From Poseidonia sp. (GTDB lineage Archaea; Thermoplasmatota; Poseidoniia; Poseidoniales; Poseidoniaceae), in assembly GCA_030827745.1 (NCBI GenBank), contig JAURDW010000003.1, positions 1 through 60,120 on the forward strand: DNA of 60,120 bases, written 5' to 3'. Below are positions 37,810 through 46,727 of this stretch, one piece after another; position 1 is the stretch's first letter, and every line of letters begins with the position of its first letter. Made by a program: the position numbers and the translations under genes. The notes beneath the pieces were generated by a model. That model had not been told where the DNA came from and made no database searches. It saw nothing but the letters and a program-made list of their open reading frames with translations.

Positions 37810-38721
37810 TCACCGACGAGGTTGGGTGACCGTTGTTCCACACTCACCGCGGAGAGCCTTCAAGACATTCCCCGGTGAGCAAAGCACCGCTGTGCCCCCG
37901 GAACGTTCCACATATTCTCTCAGTGCCCTTGCCTTCGGGCCCATCGAACCGGGGGGAAACTCACCCTCCGACTCCAATTGCCGAAGGCCCTCAGGGCTCA
38001 AGGTACGATGCTCGACGGCGTGGTCAGTACCAAAACTCGAGTAGATGGCGTTGGCTTCGGTGCTGATGATGAGAGCATCAGCATTCAAGTCCGAAGCAAG
38101 GCATGACGAGAGCAGGTCCTTGTCGACAACAGCCGGCACGCCGTGCGTCAAACCGTCCTGGCGAACAACAGGAATTCCACCTCCGCCACCGCAAATGACC
38201 ACCGCCTGGAGCGATACGAGGTGGCGAATCGTCTCGAGTTCAACCACCCTGAGTGGGACGGGGCTTGCCACGACTCGCCGCGGCCCGTGAATCGTTTGAG
38301 CAATGTCCCAATCGGCCGTCATAACGGTGGTTGAATCCAACACAGGGCCCACCGGTTTGGTGGGCCAAGAAAAACCATCGTCGTTTGGATCAACCTCTGC
38401 ATGCGTCAGCACGACCACGGTTCGTTCGGGTCGACGCCGTCGGTCAAGGATGCTCTGGAGGTGCTGCGAAAGTTGGTGGCCGATGGTCCCTTGGGTGGCC
38501 GCCACCCAAGCATCCAAGCCATGTGAGTGCTCACGGTCAAGGGCCAAGAGGTGCCCGACTTGGGGCCCGTTACCATGGGTCATAACAACCCGCCAATCCA
38601 TTTCAAGAAGGTCGACCACATCGCTCATCACCTTGGCCAGGACATCTGCCGACGTGTCCGAATCTCTTCCGGGAGCTTGCAATGCATTTCCCCCGAGGGC
38701 ATAAACCACCAGTTTGCTCAT
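37810..38721 (-). CDS. arcC: Carbamate kinase
   Basis: VYALGGNAL, THGNGPQVG, PTKPVGP, RRVVASP, GGGGIPV, AVVDKD, GSMGPK. Confidence 0.92.
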   Translation of the reverse strand: MSKLVVYALGGNALQAPGRDSDTSADVLAKVMSDVVDLLEMDWRVVMTHGNGPQVGHLLALDREHSHGLDAWVAATQGTIGHQLSQHLQSILDRRRRPERTVVVLTHAEVDPNDDGFSWPTKPVGPVLDSTTVMTADWDIAQTIHGPRRVVASPVPLRVVELETIRHLVSLQAVVICGGGGGIPVVRQDGLTHGVPAVVDKDLLSSCLASDLNADALIISTEANAIYSSFGTDHAVEHRTLSPEGLRQLESEGEFPPGSMGPKARALREYVERSGGTAVLCSPGNVLKALRGECGTTVTQPRR

Positions 38722-38847
38722 GCCGCAGGAACGGCATGGTTTGGTTTTGACCCTTTGGCCAAGGTGAATCATCTATCGCTTCCTTTGCCATGTTGCTGGA
38801 GGGAGACATTCACATAGGCAAGCAAGGTGCCAAAGAACGGTGCGAGC

Positions 38848-40197
38848 ATGGTCAAGACCGTTTGGATAGGTGATGTGCAAAAAGGCATGCACGACGGCAC
38901 ATCCGTCGAGCTCAAAGGATGGGTCAAGCGCACTCGAGGTAGCAACAAAATACGCTTTGTCGTCCTCCGGGATTCAACCGGAACCATCCAATGCGTCGGG
39001 AAGCGGGAAACGCTTGGCGACAGCATGTTTGACCTGCTCAAGAGCATGATCATTGAAACGAGCGTGGTGCTTCATGGAAGCATTCGTGTCGACGAGCGGG
39101 CGGACGGTGGCCACGAGTTGGACATCACCCAAGTCGAACTTGTTGGGCCCGTGAATTCAGAGCGCCCGTTCCCCATCACGGAAGCGGACATGCTGGTTGA
39201 AGATGAAGACGGTGAATTGACATACGGCGGAACCGAGCACACGCTCAACCATCGGCACCTGTACCTTCGAACCACGCGGGCCACGACCATGCTCAAATTG
39301 CGAAGCTCGGCTTTTGGCGCCATCCACGGTTATTTCAGAGGCCAAGATTTCCTTGAATACCAAGCCCCGAACTTCGTCGCTGGGGCCGTTGAGGGGGGTT
39401 CAACCCTGTTCGAGGTCCCTTACTTCGGAAAGCAAGCCTACCTCACGCAATCGTGGCAGTTGTATGCGGAAGCTGCCATGCCCGCCCTCGAACGCCTCTA
39501 CACCATCGCTCCGTCTTTCAGGGCAGAAAAGTCCAGGACACGTCGCCATCTTACTGAATTTTGGCATGCAGAAATGGAAATGGCCTGGGCGACCAACGAT
39601 GACATCATGGCCCATGGGGAGGGGGTCGTCCGTCACGTCGCCAAAACTCTCCTGGAGGAACGTGAGGAAGAACTCACATACCTTGAACGGGACCTTGAAC
39701 TGATTGCAAGGTACGCTGACACCCCTTACCCACGAATTCGCTACGATGAAGCCGTTGAAACCTTGCAGAACAAAGGCGTTCAAATTGAATGGGGTCAAGA
39801 CTTGGATTACTCAAAGGAAAAGATCCTCACCCAAGACTTTGATGTTCCTCACTTCCTCACCCACTATCCAAAGGTTGCAAAACCGTTCTATCATCGTGTG
39901 GACCCGGATGATGAAAACTATGTTTTGTGCCATGATTTGCTCGCACCAGAAGGCTACGGCGAAATCATAGGTGGTGGCGAGAGAACATGGTCCGAGGAGG
40001 AAATCCTGCAGCGGATCGACGAAGAAGGAACACCCCGAGAACCCTATCAGTTCTACATTGATGTGCGCTCCTACGGCGGCGTCCCTCACGGTGGATTTGG
40101 CCTCGGCGTTGACCGAGTGGTCAGTTGGTTGGCTGGCGCCACGCACATTCGAGAAGTGATTCCCTTCCCAAGGACTTCTCGTCGGGTCACGCCCTAA
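38848..40197 (+). CDS. asnS: Asparagine--tRNA ligase
   Basis: YLTQSWQLY, FRAEKSRTRRHLTEFW (AsnRS-type motif 2), GEIIGGGER, PHGGFGLGVDR. Confidence 0.9.
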   Translation: MVKTVWIGDVQKGMHDGTSVELKGWVKRTRGSNKIRFVVLRDSTGTIQCVGKRETLGDSMFDLLKSMIIETSVVLHGSIRVDERADGGHELDITQVELVGPVNSERPFPITEADMLVEDEDGELTYGGTEHTLNHRHLYLRTTRATTMLKLRSSAFGAIHGYFRGQDFLEYQAPNFVAGAVEGGSTLFEVPYFGKQAYLTQSWQLYAEAAMPALERLYTIAPSFRAEKSRTRRHLTEFWHAEMEMAWATNDDIMAHGEGVVRHVAKTLLEEREEELTYLERDLELIARYADTPYPRIRYDEAVETLQNKGVQIEWGQDLDYSKEKILTQDFDVPHFLTHYPKVAKPFYHRVDPDDENYVLCHDLLAPEGYGEIIGGGERTWSEEEILQRIDEEGTPREPYQFYIDVRSYGGVPHGGFGLGVDRVVSWLAGATHIREVIPFPRTSRRVTP

Positions 40198-40298
40198 AGC
40201 AAGGTCTCGCCGCATGAAGGGCACGGCATTCCAGGAACGAATGCTCCGAGAAGAAAGCCGCAGTGGGGGCAAATCGAGGTGAAGGGGTCTTCGAACAT
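40194..40298 (-). CDS. 34-aa double-CPxCG zinc-finger microprotein (not in the ORF track)
   Basis: ATG at 40298 to TAG at 40194: MFEDPFTSICPHCGFLLGAFVPGMPCPSCGETLL; fills the gap between the HAD gene and asnS. Confidence 0.75.
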   Translation of the reverse strand: MFEDPFTSICPHCGFLLGAFVPGMPCPSCGETLL

Positions 40299-40324
40299 GT
40301 TCGTGGGTGAACCAGCGAGCAGTA

Positions 40325-41086
40325 TCAAGGTTTTGGAATCCCAAACGTGGTGCAGATTAAGTCCAAAACCAAACCAAGATCACGCTCTTCAATGACATGA
40401 TGGGCGTGTTCTCTTGGCCGGTCATCCCATGGATTGAACAACACGGCACAAGCACTTTCGGCGAACATGCCCACGTCCCCCATGGAATCTCCGACGGATG
40501 CAGTGTTTTCCTTTGAAATTCCGAGGCGCCGTTGGAGCATACGTACGACGGCCCCTTTTCCGTTCATTTGAACCTGATACCTCCCATAGTCACCGATGCC
40601 GTACCCCCCACCTGGGAGGGGGGCGTCCATCAGCCAACCGTTGGTGAAGACATGCAGGCGTGTATCGAACCCGTTGCATTGTTCGCGTGCGGTGTGGCGG
40701 TCGATGCCGCCCCAGCGGCGGCGCCAGAGCGCCTTGCTTGGAAAGTTTGCAGCAATGTCACGTGCGGTTTTCTGCAAACCCCCGCTGACAATCGCTACTT
40801 CGACGTTGTTCTCGAGAAGATGGTGTATCAGGGCTCGCCATCCTTTCATCATCGGCATGCCCTCCATCAACTGCCGTAGGCTTCCGTCAGAAACAGGCAT
40901 GCTTGAAGAAGACTTGATCAGTTCTAAGTCAAGTTTTATCCATGCCCATTCATCCAAAAGCCCTTGATTGTAAAGGGCAAAGGACTCCTCATTTGAAATG
41001 CCAAGTTGGTCGTAAACAAACTGCCATGTGGACAGATGGTCAACCAGAACGCGGTCCATGTCCAAACAAACCAAATATGCACCCAT
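40325..41086 (-). CDS. HAD-superfamily hydrolase (phosphoserine phosphatase-like)
   Basis: CLDMDRVL (motif I), IVSGG (II), NGKG (III), VGDSMGD (IV). Confidence 0.85.
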   Translation of the reverse strand: MGAYLVCLDMDRVLVDHLSTWQFVYDQLGISNEESFALYNQGLLDEWAWIKLDLELIKSSSSMPVSDGSLRQLMEGMPMMKGWRALIHHLLENNVEVAIVSGGLQKTARDIAANFPSKALWRRRWGGIDRHTAREQCNGFDTRLHVFTNGWLMDAPLPGGGYGIGDYGRYQVQMNGKGAVVRMLQRRLGISKENTASVGDSMGDVGMFAESACAVLFNPWDDRPREHAHHVIEERDLGLVLDLICTTFGIPKP

Positions 41087-41095
41087 GCCATTCCC

Positions 41096-41995
41096 TCAAG
41101 CATTCCCTTTGGGCCAGTTGTATTGATGTTGAACCCTTGCGACTTGCTTCCCCATGATGTAGAGAATCAAGGCGACCATCATCGCAAACAAGCCGATAAG
41201 TGTCATGGCTATGGTGATGAGGGTCACGCCAATCGAAGTTGAATTGAGTTCCGTGAACATGCTTGCCAAATCGCCGGAAAGGCGGTAACCCAGCACGAAG
41301 AGGACGATGCCTGGGATTCCAAAAAGCAACAAAGGGTGCTTTGATTCAAGCATCCAGTAGAAAAGTTGTGCAAAACGCGACGCCGTTGCTAAGGATTGGC
41401 GTTGGGGCAACTGGATAGGTTTGGTCGCTTTTACGAGGCGAACCTTCAGTGAATCCTCGAGGGACAACGATGTTCCGGTTGGCTCAAGTTTTCCAAGAGC
41501 GAGACAACCGACCTGGCTTACGATGAGGTGGCCGAGTTCGGTTTTGGAGAAAACCACTTCATCGGTGGTGTCTTGACTGTTTGTACGGTAGAGGTGGTGA
41601 ATATCCCACCCCTCTCTTGCACGATTGACGCTCGACGGCAGGTCGGAGAGTTTCCAATCGGATGAAACAGGAACAAACAAGGTTGACCCCTCCACAGGTT
41701 CGTGAGTTCCGAGAACAGCGCAGAGGTTGATTGGCGTGACCTCGCCGGAAAACGGTACGATTTGGCACCCGACTTCACGGGCGAGTTCAAGCGTATCGTC
41801 TTGCGATCCTGTGTCGAAGAGGAGGACCTCATTCGCAACCTCCCTGCATCGAATGACCAAGGAGACAATCCGCAATTCAATATCGTGGCCGATCAACACC
41901 ACGCGACTCAAATGCTGACTCACGGGGGGGAGCCCCTGTCCCGAGGCTATGAACCCTGTTCTCAGTTCAAGGCGTTTGACCTCTGATTCGGGCAT
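41096..41995 (-). CDS. Degenerate GT2-like membrane protein
   Basis: LLFDTGSQDDT remnant but no DxD; C-terminal HPLLLFGIPG + 2 TMs match the 16523 GT2 (KKPLLVLGIPG). Confidence 0.72.
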   Translation of the reverse strand: MPESEVKRLELRTGFIASGQGLPPVSQHLSRVVLIGHDIELRIVSLVIRCREVANEVLLFDTGSQDDTLELAREVGCQIVPFSGEVTPINLCAVLGTHEPVEGSTLFVPVSSDWKLSDLPSSVNRAREGWDIHHLYRTNSQDTTDEVVFSKTELGHLIVSQVGCLALGKLEPTGTSLSLEDSLKVRLVKATKPIQLPQRQSLATASRFAQLFYWMLESKHPLLLFGIPGIVLFVLGYRLSGDLASMFTELNSTSIGVTLITIAMTLIGLFAMMVALILYIMGKQVARVQHQYNWPKGNA

Positions 41996-42002
41996 AGATT
42001 GA

Positions 42003-42968
42003 ATGGACCGACGCCTACCGAGGACCATGCTTGAGGGGTGGCACGTTGGGGTGGTCATTCCTGCACGAAACGAAGAGCAGTTCATCGGAAAGGTTCTCGA
42101 ACAATTGCCTCAATGGGTTGACCTTGCCGTGGTGGTGAACGACGGGTCAACCGACGCCACCGAACAGCGCGCTTCAGAAGCAAGGTCAGCATGCCCTGTA
42201 ACGGTTCTTCGCGGAGAAGGTGATGGCGTAGGAGCATCCATTGACCGAGGTCACCGTCATCTGCTCGACCATCTACCGCACCCTTTCGCGAGCGTCGTGA
42301 TGGCAGGCGACAACCAGATGCATCCCGATGACTTGCTCGCCGTCGTGACCCCGGTGGTTCAAGGTCAGTGCGACCATGTCAAAGGGAATCGTGGCCTCCA
42401 TCCCCAAGGGTACGAAGGGATGCCTTGGATGCGAAGGTTCGCCACAGTCCTCCTATCGCTGTTCACAACGCTTGCCACTGGCCAACGGGTTGGCGACCCG
42501 CAATGTGGGTACACGGCGACCTCATCAAACATCCTCAACAGCTGGGATTGGAAACGCTCGTGGAGAGGGTACGGCTATCCGAATCACTGGTTGATTCACC
42601 TCTCAAGAGAAGGTTGGCGATGGTTGGAAGTCCCTGTCCGCTCAATCTATAGAACCGAAGTAAGCGGTCTAAAGCCCATGCGTTTTTTCATGACTGTAGG
42701 TCCGATGATGGCTTATCAGCACCACCGTCGGAACATCGCTTGGCTTCAACCACCCCTCTTGCTCCCACACACTTGGTTTGCACTGATGGCCTACGCCATC
42801 GGATGGTCAGCACTGCTCCCGTGGGTGACCAACGACCTTGAGGCGGCATTGGTTCGTCGAAGCGTCCCCCTCTGGCTCATCACCCTCTTCTTTTGGACAT
42901 TAGCACATCTTTTTGACCGAACAGCTGCACGTGCAAGGCAGGAGTTGCGTTCCAATGCGAAGGCATGA
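42003..42968 (+). CDS. GT2 glycosyltransferase with C-terminal TMs
   Basis: VVIPARNEE, VNDGSTD, GVGA, MAGDNQM, DPQCGYTA; alternative start 42027. Confidence 0.9.
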   Translation: MDRRLPRTMLEGWHVGVVIPARNEEQFIGKVLEQLPQWVDLAVVVNDGSTDATEQRASEARSACPVTVLRGEGDGVGASIDRGHRHLLDHLPHPFASVVMAGDNQMHPDDLLAVVTPVVQGQCDHVKGNRGLHPQGYEGMPWMRRFATVLLSLFTTLATGQRVGDPQCGYTATSSNILNSWDWKRSWRGYGYPNHWLIHLSREGWRWLEVPVRSIYRTEVSGLKPMRFFMTVGPMMAYQHHRRNIAWLQPPLLLPHTWFALMAYAIGWSALLPWVTNDLEAALVRRSVPLWLITLFFWTLAHLFDRTAARARQELRSNAKA

Positions 42969-43284
42969 CCGACGAAAAAAACCTCGAAAAGCCCATGTAC
43001 GCCACATTCTTGTGGCGGGGAAACCCGATGCAAAGGCGCTCCTCGAGAACATCCAGTCTTCCAAAAAGCCCTTCAAGACCTTCAAGAAGCTTGCAAAAAA
43101 ACATTCCAATTGCCCCTCCGGAAGCAAAGGGGGCGATCTCGGAGAATTTGTAGAGGGACAAATGGTCCAAGACTTTGAGGAGGCTGTGTGGTCATCCGAC
43201 CTTGAAACAGCACCAACAGCGTACATCAAGACTCAATTTGGCTATCACCTTCTGTGGGTGCACAGCATCACGATTCCAGAGTGA
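42955..43284 (+). CDS. Parvulin-type peptidyl-prolyl isomerase
   Basis: AHVRHILV, LAKKHSNCPSGSKGGDLGEF..GQMVQDFE, KTQFGYH. Confidence 0.93.
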   Translation: MRRHDRRKKPRKAHVRHILVAGKPDAKALLENIQSSKKPFKTFKKLAKKHSNCPSGSKGGDLGEFVEGQMVQDFEEAVWSSDLETAPTAYIKTQFGYHLLWVHSITIPE

Positions 43285-43362
43285 TGGTGGGCGTACCAAG
43301 ATTTGAACTTGGGTCCAAGCGTCCCAAACGCCCGAGTATAGGCCAAACTAACCCATACGCCC
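43285..43362 (-). tRNA. tRNA-Pro(UGG), CCA genomically encoded
   Basis: Acceptor stem GGGCGTA/TACGCCC, anticodon loop TTTGGGA, CCAAG-TTCAAAT-CTTGG T-arm, ends ACCA. Confidence 0.95.
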
Positions 43363-43395
43363 TTGATGTGTGGCACGCAGTCTCCCCTATGAACT

Positions 43396-43836
43396 TCACT
43401 CAAGAAGCATCCAGCGACCCGGTCCACACCTCAGCACCAAACCTTCTCCCTCGGCTTGCGCCATGACTTCGTCAACGCTTTGTTCAACTCCCTTGCGTTG
43501 AAGGACGCCTAGGACCGCATCAGCAGTCAATTCACCAACGTCGTTGACCACCTGGCGCAGCATGCCAAACAGGGCGTTCGCCGACGTATCCGGTTCACGA
43601 GCACTCCTTTTCAGCCCCCGCTCCATCCGTTCCCGAAGTTCTGCTCGGAGCGGTTCGGGAGTGTTGGCCAAGGCCACCTCCATTTGCAACGCGTCTGTGC
43701 TGGAAACCGTGGCGACCACCTCAACCTCCCGCGAAAAGGACTGGCCACAATGAGGGCACCGGCCTTTTGCCAAACGGTGACCTGAACACTGGCCGCAGTT
43801 TGTACAGCGAAGCACCAGCCACGTCGTCTCGGACAT
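43396..43836 (-). CDS. Zn-ribbon + C-terminal winged-helix protein (DUF1922/DUF5817-like)
   Basis: RCTNCG...RCPHCG; C-terminal three helices plus wing EGEGLVLRCGPGRWMLL. Confidence 0.75.
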   Translation of the reverse strand: MSETTWLVLRCTNCGQCSGHRLAKGRCPHCGQSFSREVEVVATVSSTDALQMEVALANTPEPLRAELRERMERGLKRSAREPDTSANALFGMLRQVVNDVGELTADAVLGVLQRKGVEQSVDEVMAQAEGEGLVLRCGPGRWMLLE

Positions 43837-43844
43837 GGGACCCC

Positions 43845-44519
43845 TCACAGCGAAAAATCGTGGTTGTTTTGTTGTTGGCCTGGCCGACGAGCAGGCGCTG
43901 CGGGTGCCTTGGTGTCCACCCGTTTCTTCGGTTCCTCCGCGGTGCGGGTCAATGCCCCACGAACTGGCCCTGTCTTGGTTCTCGCCCCCAGCGAAAGCGA
44001 TTCTGGTAAAATGAGGGCGGCGACGGCGACGCCGTGGTGGTCTTGGCCAGCCGTCACCTCATCAACAGCAACATCAAACTCAACCACTTCGAGATCACGG
44101 CTTGCCAAACGTCGCTGTAAATTTCGTCGCAACAACAGGACCGTCTCTTCGTAATCTCGGTCGGTGCTGATGGTGGCAACGATGGCACATTCATCGCCCT
44201 CGGGCGTGACGCACATGGCCCAAGCAACGCCTGCTGAGGCGGAAGAACCGTTCCATGCATACGCTGTGGCCAAATGGCACTCGACCAACGAGCCCATCGG
44301 AAGAGGCCTCGGAGGCGAGACTCCAAAACCGAGCGGGAGCATGGCACCTTGGGCTTGAATCAAGCGAACATCACCCAAACCGAGCTCCACAAGGCCCTGA
44401 TCAAAGGCATCTTCCGCATTTTCACCCCAAGGGGCAACGGCGGTCATCAACCAACCCGGGCAAGAGGGTCCACGCGAGGCTTGCATGGAGGTGAATGGGC
44501 GCAACGGGTTCATGAACAC
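43845..44519 (-). CDS. Pyruvoyl-dependent arginine decarboxylase (PdaD)-like protein lacking the Ser-Ser cleavage site
   Basis: GENAEDAFDQGLVELGLGDVRLIQAQGAMLP...LPMGSLV aligns by eye to PdaD [30 protein letters not shown]...LPMGALV. Confidence 0.82.
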   Translation of the reverse strand: MFMNPLRPFTSMQASRGPSCPGWLMTAVAPWGENAEDAFDQGLVELGLGDVRLIQAQGAMLPLGFGVSPPRPLPMGSLVECHLATAYAWNGSSASAGVAWAMCVTPEGDECAIVATISTDRDYEETVLLLRRNLQRRLASRDLEVVEFDVAVDEVTAGQDHHGVAVAALILPESLSLGARTKTGPVRGALTRTAEEPKKRVDTKAPAAPARRPGQQQNNHDFSL

Positions 44520-44537
44520 CTTGGTTCTGTGAACACC

Positions 44538-44822
44538 ATGGCAGACGGCACTCGGCGGTTGCTCACCGTTGCCCTTTTCGCGGGGGCTGGAACCGTCTTA
44601 TTCGCAACGTTTTCCACAAGTGGACACATGCTTACATTAGCCCTTGGGACGCTTTTTGCTACCTTTTTTGGAACGGCCCTCTTGATGAATGCTGGTTCAT
44701 CAAACGCCGTCAAGGGTGCGCCTTTGGTGAACACCGGTTTGACCGGCTCAAACCTCTCCATTGAGAGCGGAGAGGAACAACTCCCCGACCCTCTTGCAAT
44801 GAACTTTGACGTCCCGTTGTAA
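44538..44822 (+). CDS. Small 2-TM membrane protein
   Basis: 94 aa from ATG 44538; two hydrophobic segments; C-terminal LPDPLAMNFDVPL. Confidence 0.72.
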   Translation: MADGTRRLLTVALFAGAGTVLFATFSTSGHMLTLALGTLFATFFGTALLMNAGSSNAVKGAPLVNTGLTGSNLSIESGEEQLPDPLAMNFDVPL

Positions 44823-46727
44823 TCAAAACAAGCGAACGGTTTCAAGGTTGCTTGGGGCGAAGGTCAAACAATTGTATCGCTCTCGTAGCGTCAGCCCCAA
44901 TTCGTTGCACTTTTGGTAATCGCCGTGGTGGCAAATGATGTTTTTCGGTGCTGGGTCGATTCGGTCGACGAAGTCAAGAAGTTGACGACGGTCAGAATGT
45001 CCGGAAAATCCATCGATGGTGACCATTTCGCAACCGATCTTTACGATTTCCGTTTTTCCGTTGATGAGCATCGGCACTTCACCAAAGCCCTTCTGCAACC
45101 GTCGGCCGAGGGTTCCTTCAGCCTGATAGCCGACGAAACAAAGCGAATTCCGTTCTTCGTGGGCCCAGTTCTTGAAATACTCCATCACGGGGCCGCCGTT
45201 GAGCATTCCCGAGGTCGCCAAGACGATGCAAGGAGAACTGTCCATCACAATGCTTTCTCGAAGTTCACGGCCTTTCACCGGTCGGAACCATTCGCTTGTG
45301 AAGGGGTTGGCACCGTCGTCTTGAAGCAAGGATTTCGCAAGAGCTTTTGTGAGGTAATTTGGATGCGACGCATGGATGGCCGTTGCTTCCTGAATCATGC
45401 CGTCAAGCCAAACGGGAACAGGTTTTACCGTTCCAGAGCGGAACAATTCGTCGATAGCGATCATCACTTCCTGGCTTCGGCCAACGGCGAAAACAGGGCA
45501 AATCATCTTCCCACCACGAAGAAGCGTCCTTGAGACGATGTCTTGGAGTTCTTGATTGGCTTCTTGCCGAGAAGGCTGGTAATCTCCGGATGCACCGTAG
45601 GTGGATTCAATCACCAAGGTTTCAACCCGAGGAAATCGTGTGTTTGCGGCATCAAACAACCAAGATTTCTCGTATTTTTGGTCACCGCTGAACACAATGT
45701 TGTGCTTTCCGTTGGCGATGTTGAGGTGAACCGCTGAAGAGCCAAGAATGTGGCCTGCGTTTGAAAAGGTCAATTTGACATCGGGCGCGATGTCGGTGGT
45801 GGAGTCCCAGTCCACGTCGACAACGTGCTTCATGCACATTCGAATGTCTTCCATATCGTAGGGGGTGCGCTTCCCTTCCGCCCCACCGACTTTCAGATAG
45901 TCCGTCTGCAAAAGCAACATCAAGTCGCGTGTCGGCGGCGTGCAGTAGACCGGACCTCGGTAGCCGTACTTGAACAGAACCGGGAGCATGCCCGCATGGT
46001 CAAGGTGAGAGTGGGTCAGCACAACGGCATCCAATTTGTCGAGGGGAAGCGCTTCTGGAGCGTTGAAGAACGGCATCGGGTCCGTATCAGAAGCGATGTT
46101 CACACCAACGTCGATCATGATTCGAGATTCGTTGGTGGTCACGTAGTGGCAGGCGCGACCCACTTCCCTGTACGAGCCCAGGGCAGTGACGCGAGCCCAT
46201 GTGCCGCCAGGACGGGTCGGGCGGTGAATGTTGAGACCGAAATCTTTCAGCAATTTCCGCCGTTCATCGCCGTTGGCTTGCCGGTACATACGGATGTCAT
46301 GAACCGTTTTTGAGAACAAAGGAGGCGTTCGTTCGACCTTGACCGACCACCCGGTTTCGTCGCGGATCCGCAAGTTGTTTTCTCCGCGCCGCCCAACGGC
46401 GCTTCCCGGGTTCTTGCACTGGATGGTCACTTCTCGGTAGCAGGAGTCAAAATACATCTCCGTGACTTCGGCATCCTCAGGAAGGATCGATTCGATATGG
46501 TTGCGTGCCTCGTCCATGTCCATCATGGCATCGAGGGGTGTTCGAAGAACGATCTTCCGTTTCACACGTTTGCTGATTTTTCCAATCAATCCGTTTTGTC
46601 CCGTGAAGGCACCGACCTCCTTGGTGATGATGGCAATGTTGCCCGCTTCCAAATCGAGTTCGTATTCAATTGAGCGCGGAATAATCTTCGCAATTTCGTC
46701 CTTCAGTTCCCGGTAGGTCATTTGCAT
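44823..46727 (-). CDS. fttA: aCPSF1 (FttA) KH-domain beta-CASP ribonuclease / transcription termination factor
   Basis: Two N-terminal KH domains, LGSYREVGRAC, THSHLDHAG, AGHILGS, ESTYG, DGFSGHSD. Confidence 0.96.
   Translation of the reverse strand: MQMTYRELKDEIAKIIPRSIEYELDLEAGNIAIITKEVGAFTGQNGLIGKISKRVKRKIVLRTPLDAMMDMDEARNHIESILPEDAEVTEMYFDSCYREVTIQCKNPGSAVGRRGENNLRIRDETGWSVKVERTPPLFSKTVHDIRMYRQANGDERRKLLKDFGLNIHRPTRPGGTWARVTALGSYREVGRACHYVTTNESRIMIDVGVNIASDTDPMPFFNAPEALPLDKLDAVVLTHSHLDHAGMLPVLFKYGYRGPVYCTPPTRDLMLLLQTDYLKVGGAEGKRTPYDMEDIRMCMKHVVDVDWDSTTDIAPDVKLTFSNAGHILGSSAVHLNIANGKHNIVFSGDQKYEKSWLFDAANTRFPRVETLVIESTYGASGDYQPSRQEANQELQDIVSRTLLRGGKMICPVFAVGRSQEVMIAIDELFRSGTVKPVPVWLDGMIQEATAIHASHPNYLTKALAKSLLQDDGANPFTSEWFRPVKGRELRESIVMDSSPCIVLATSGMLNGGPVMEYFKNWAHEERNSLCFVGYQAEGTLGRRLQKGFGEVPMLINGKTEIVKIGCEMVTIDGFSGHSDRRQLLDFVDRIDPAPKNIICHHGDYQKCNELGLTLRERYNCLTFAPSNLETVRLF

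Noticed and set aside
38848-40197. Alternative call as non-discriminating AspRS
   Set aside because: Motif 2 RAEKSRTRRHLTEFW and QSWQLY fit AsnRS better
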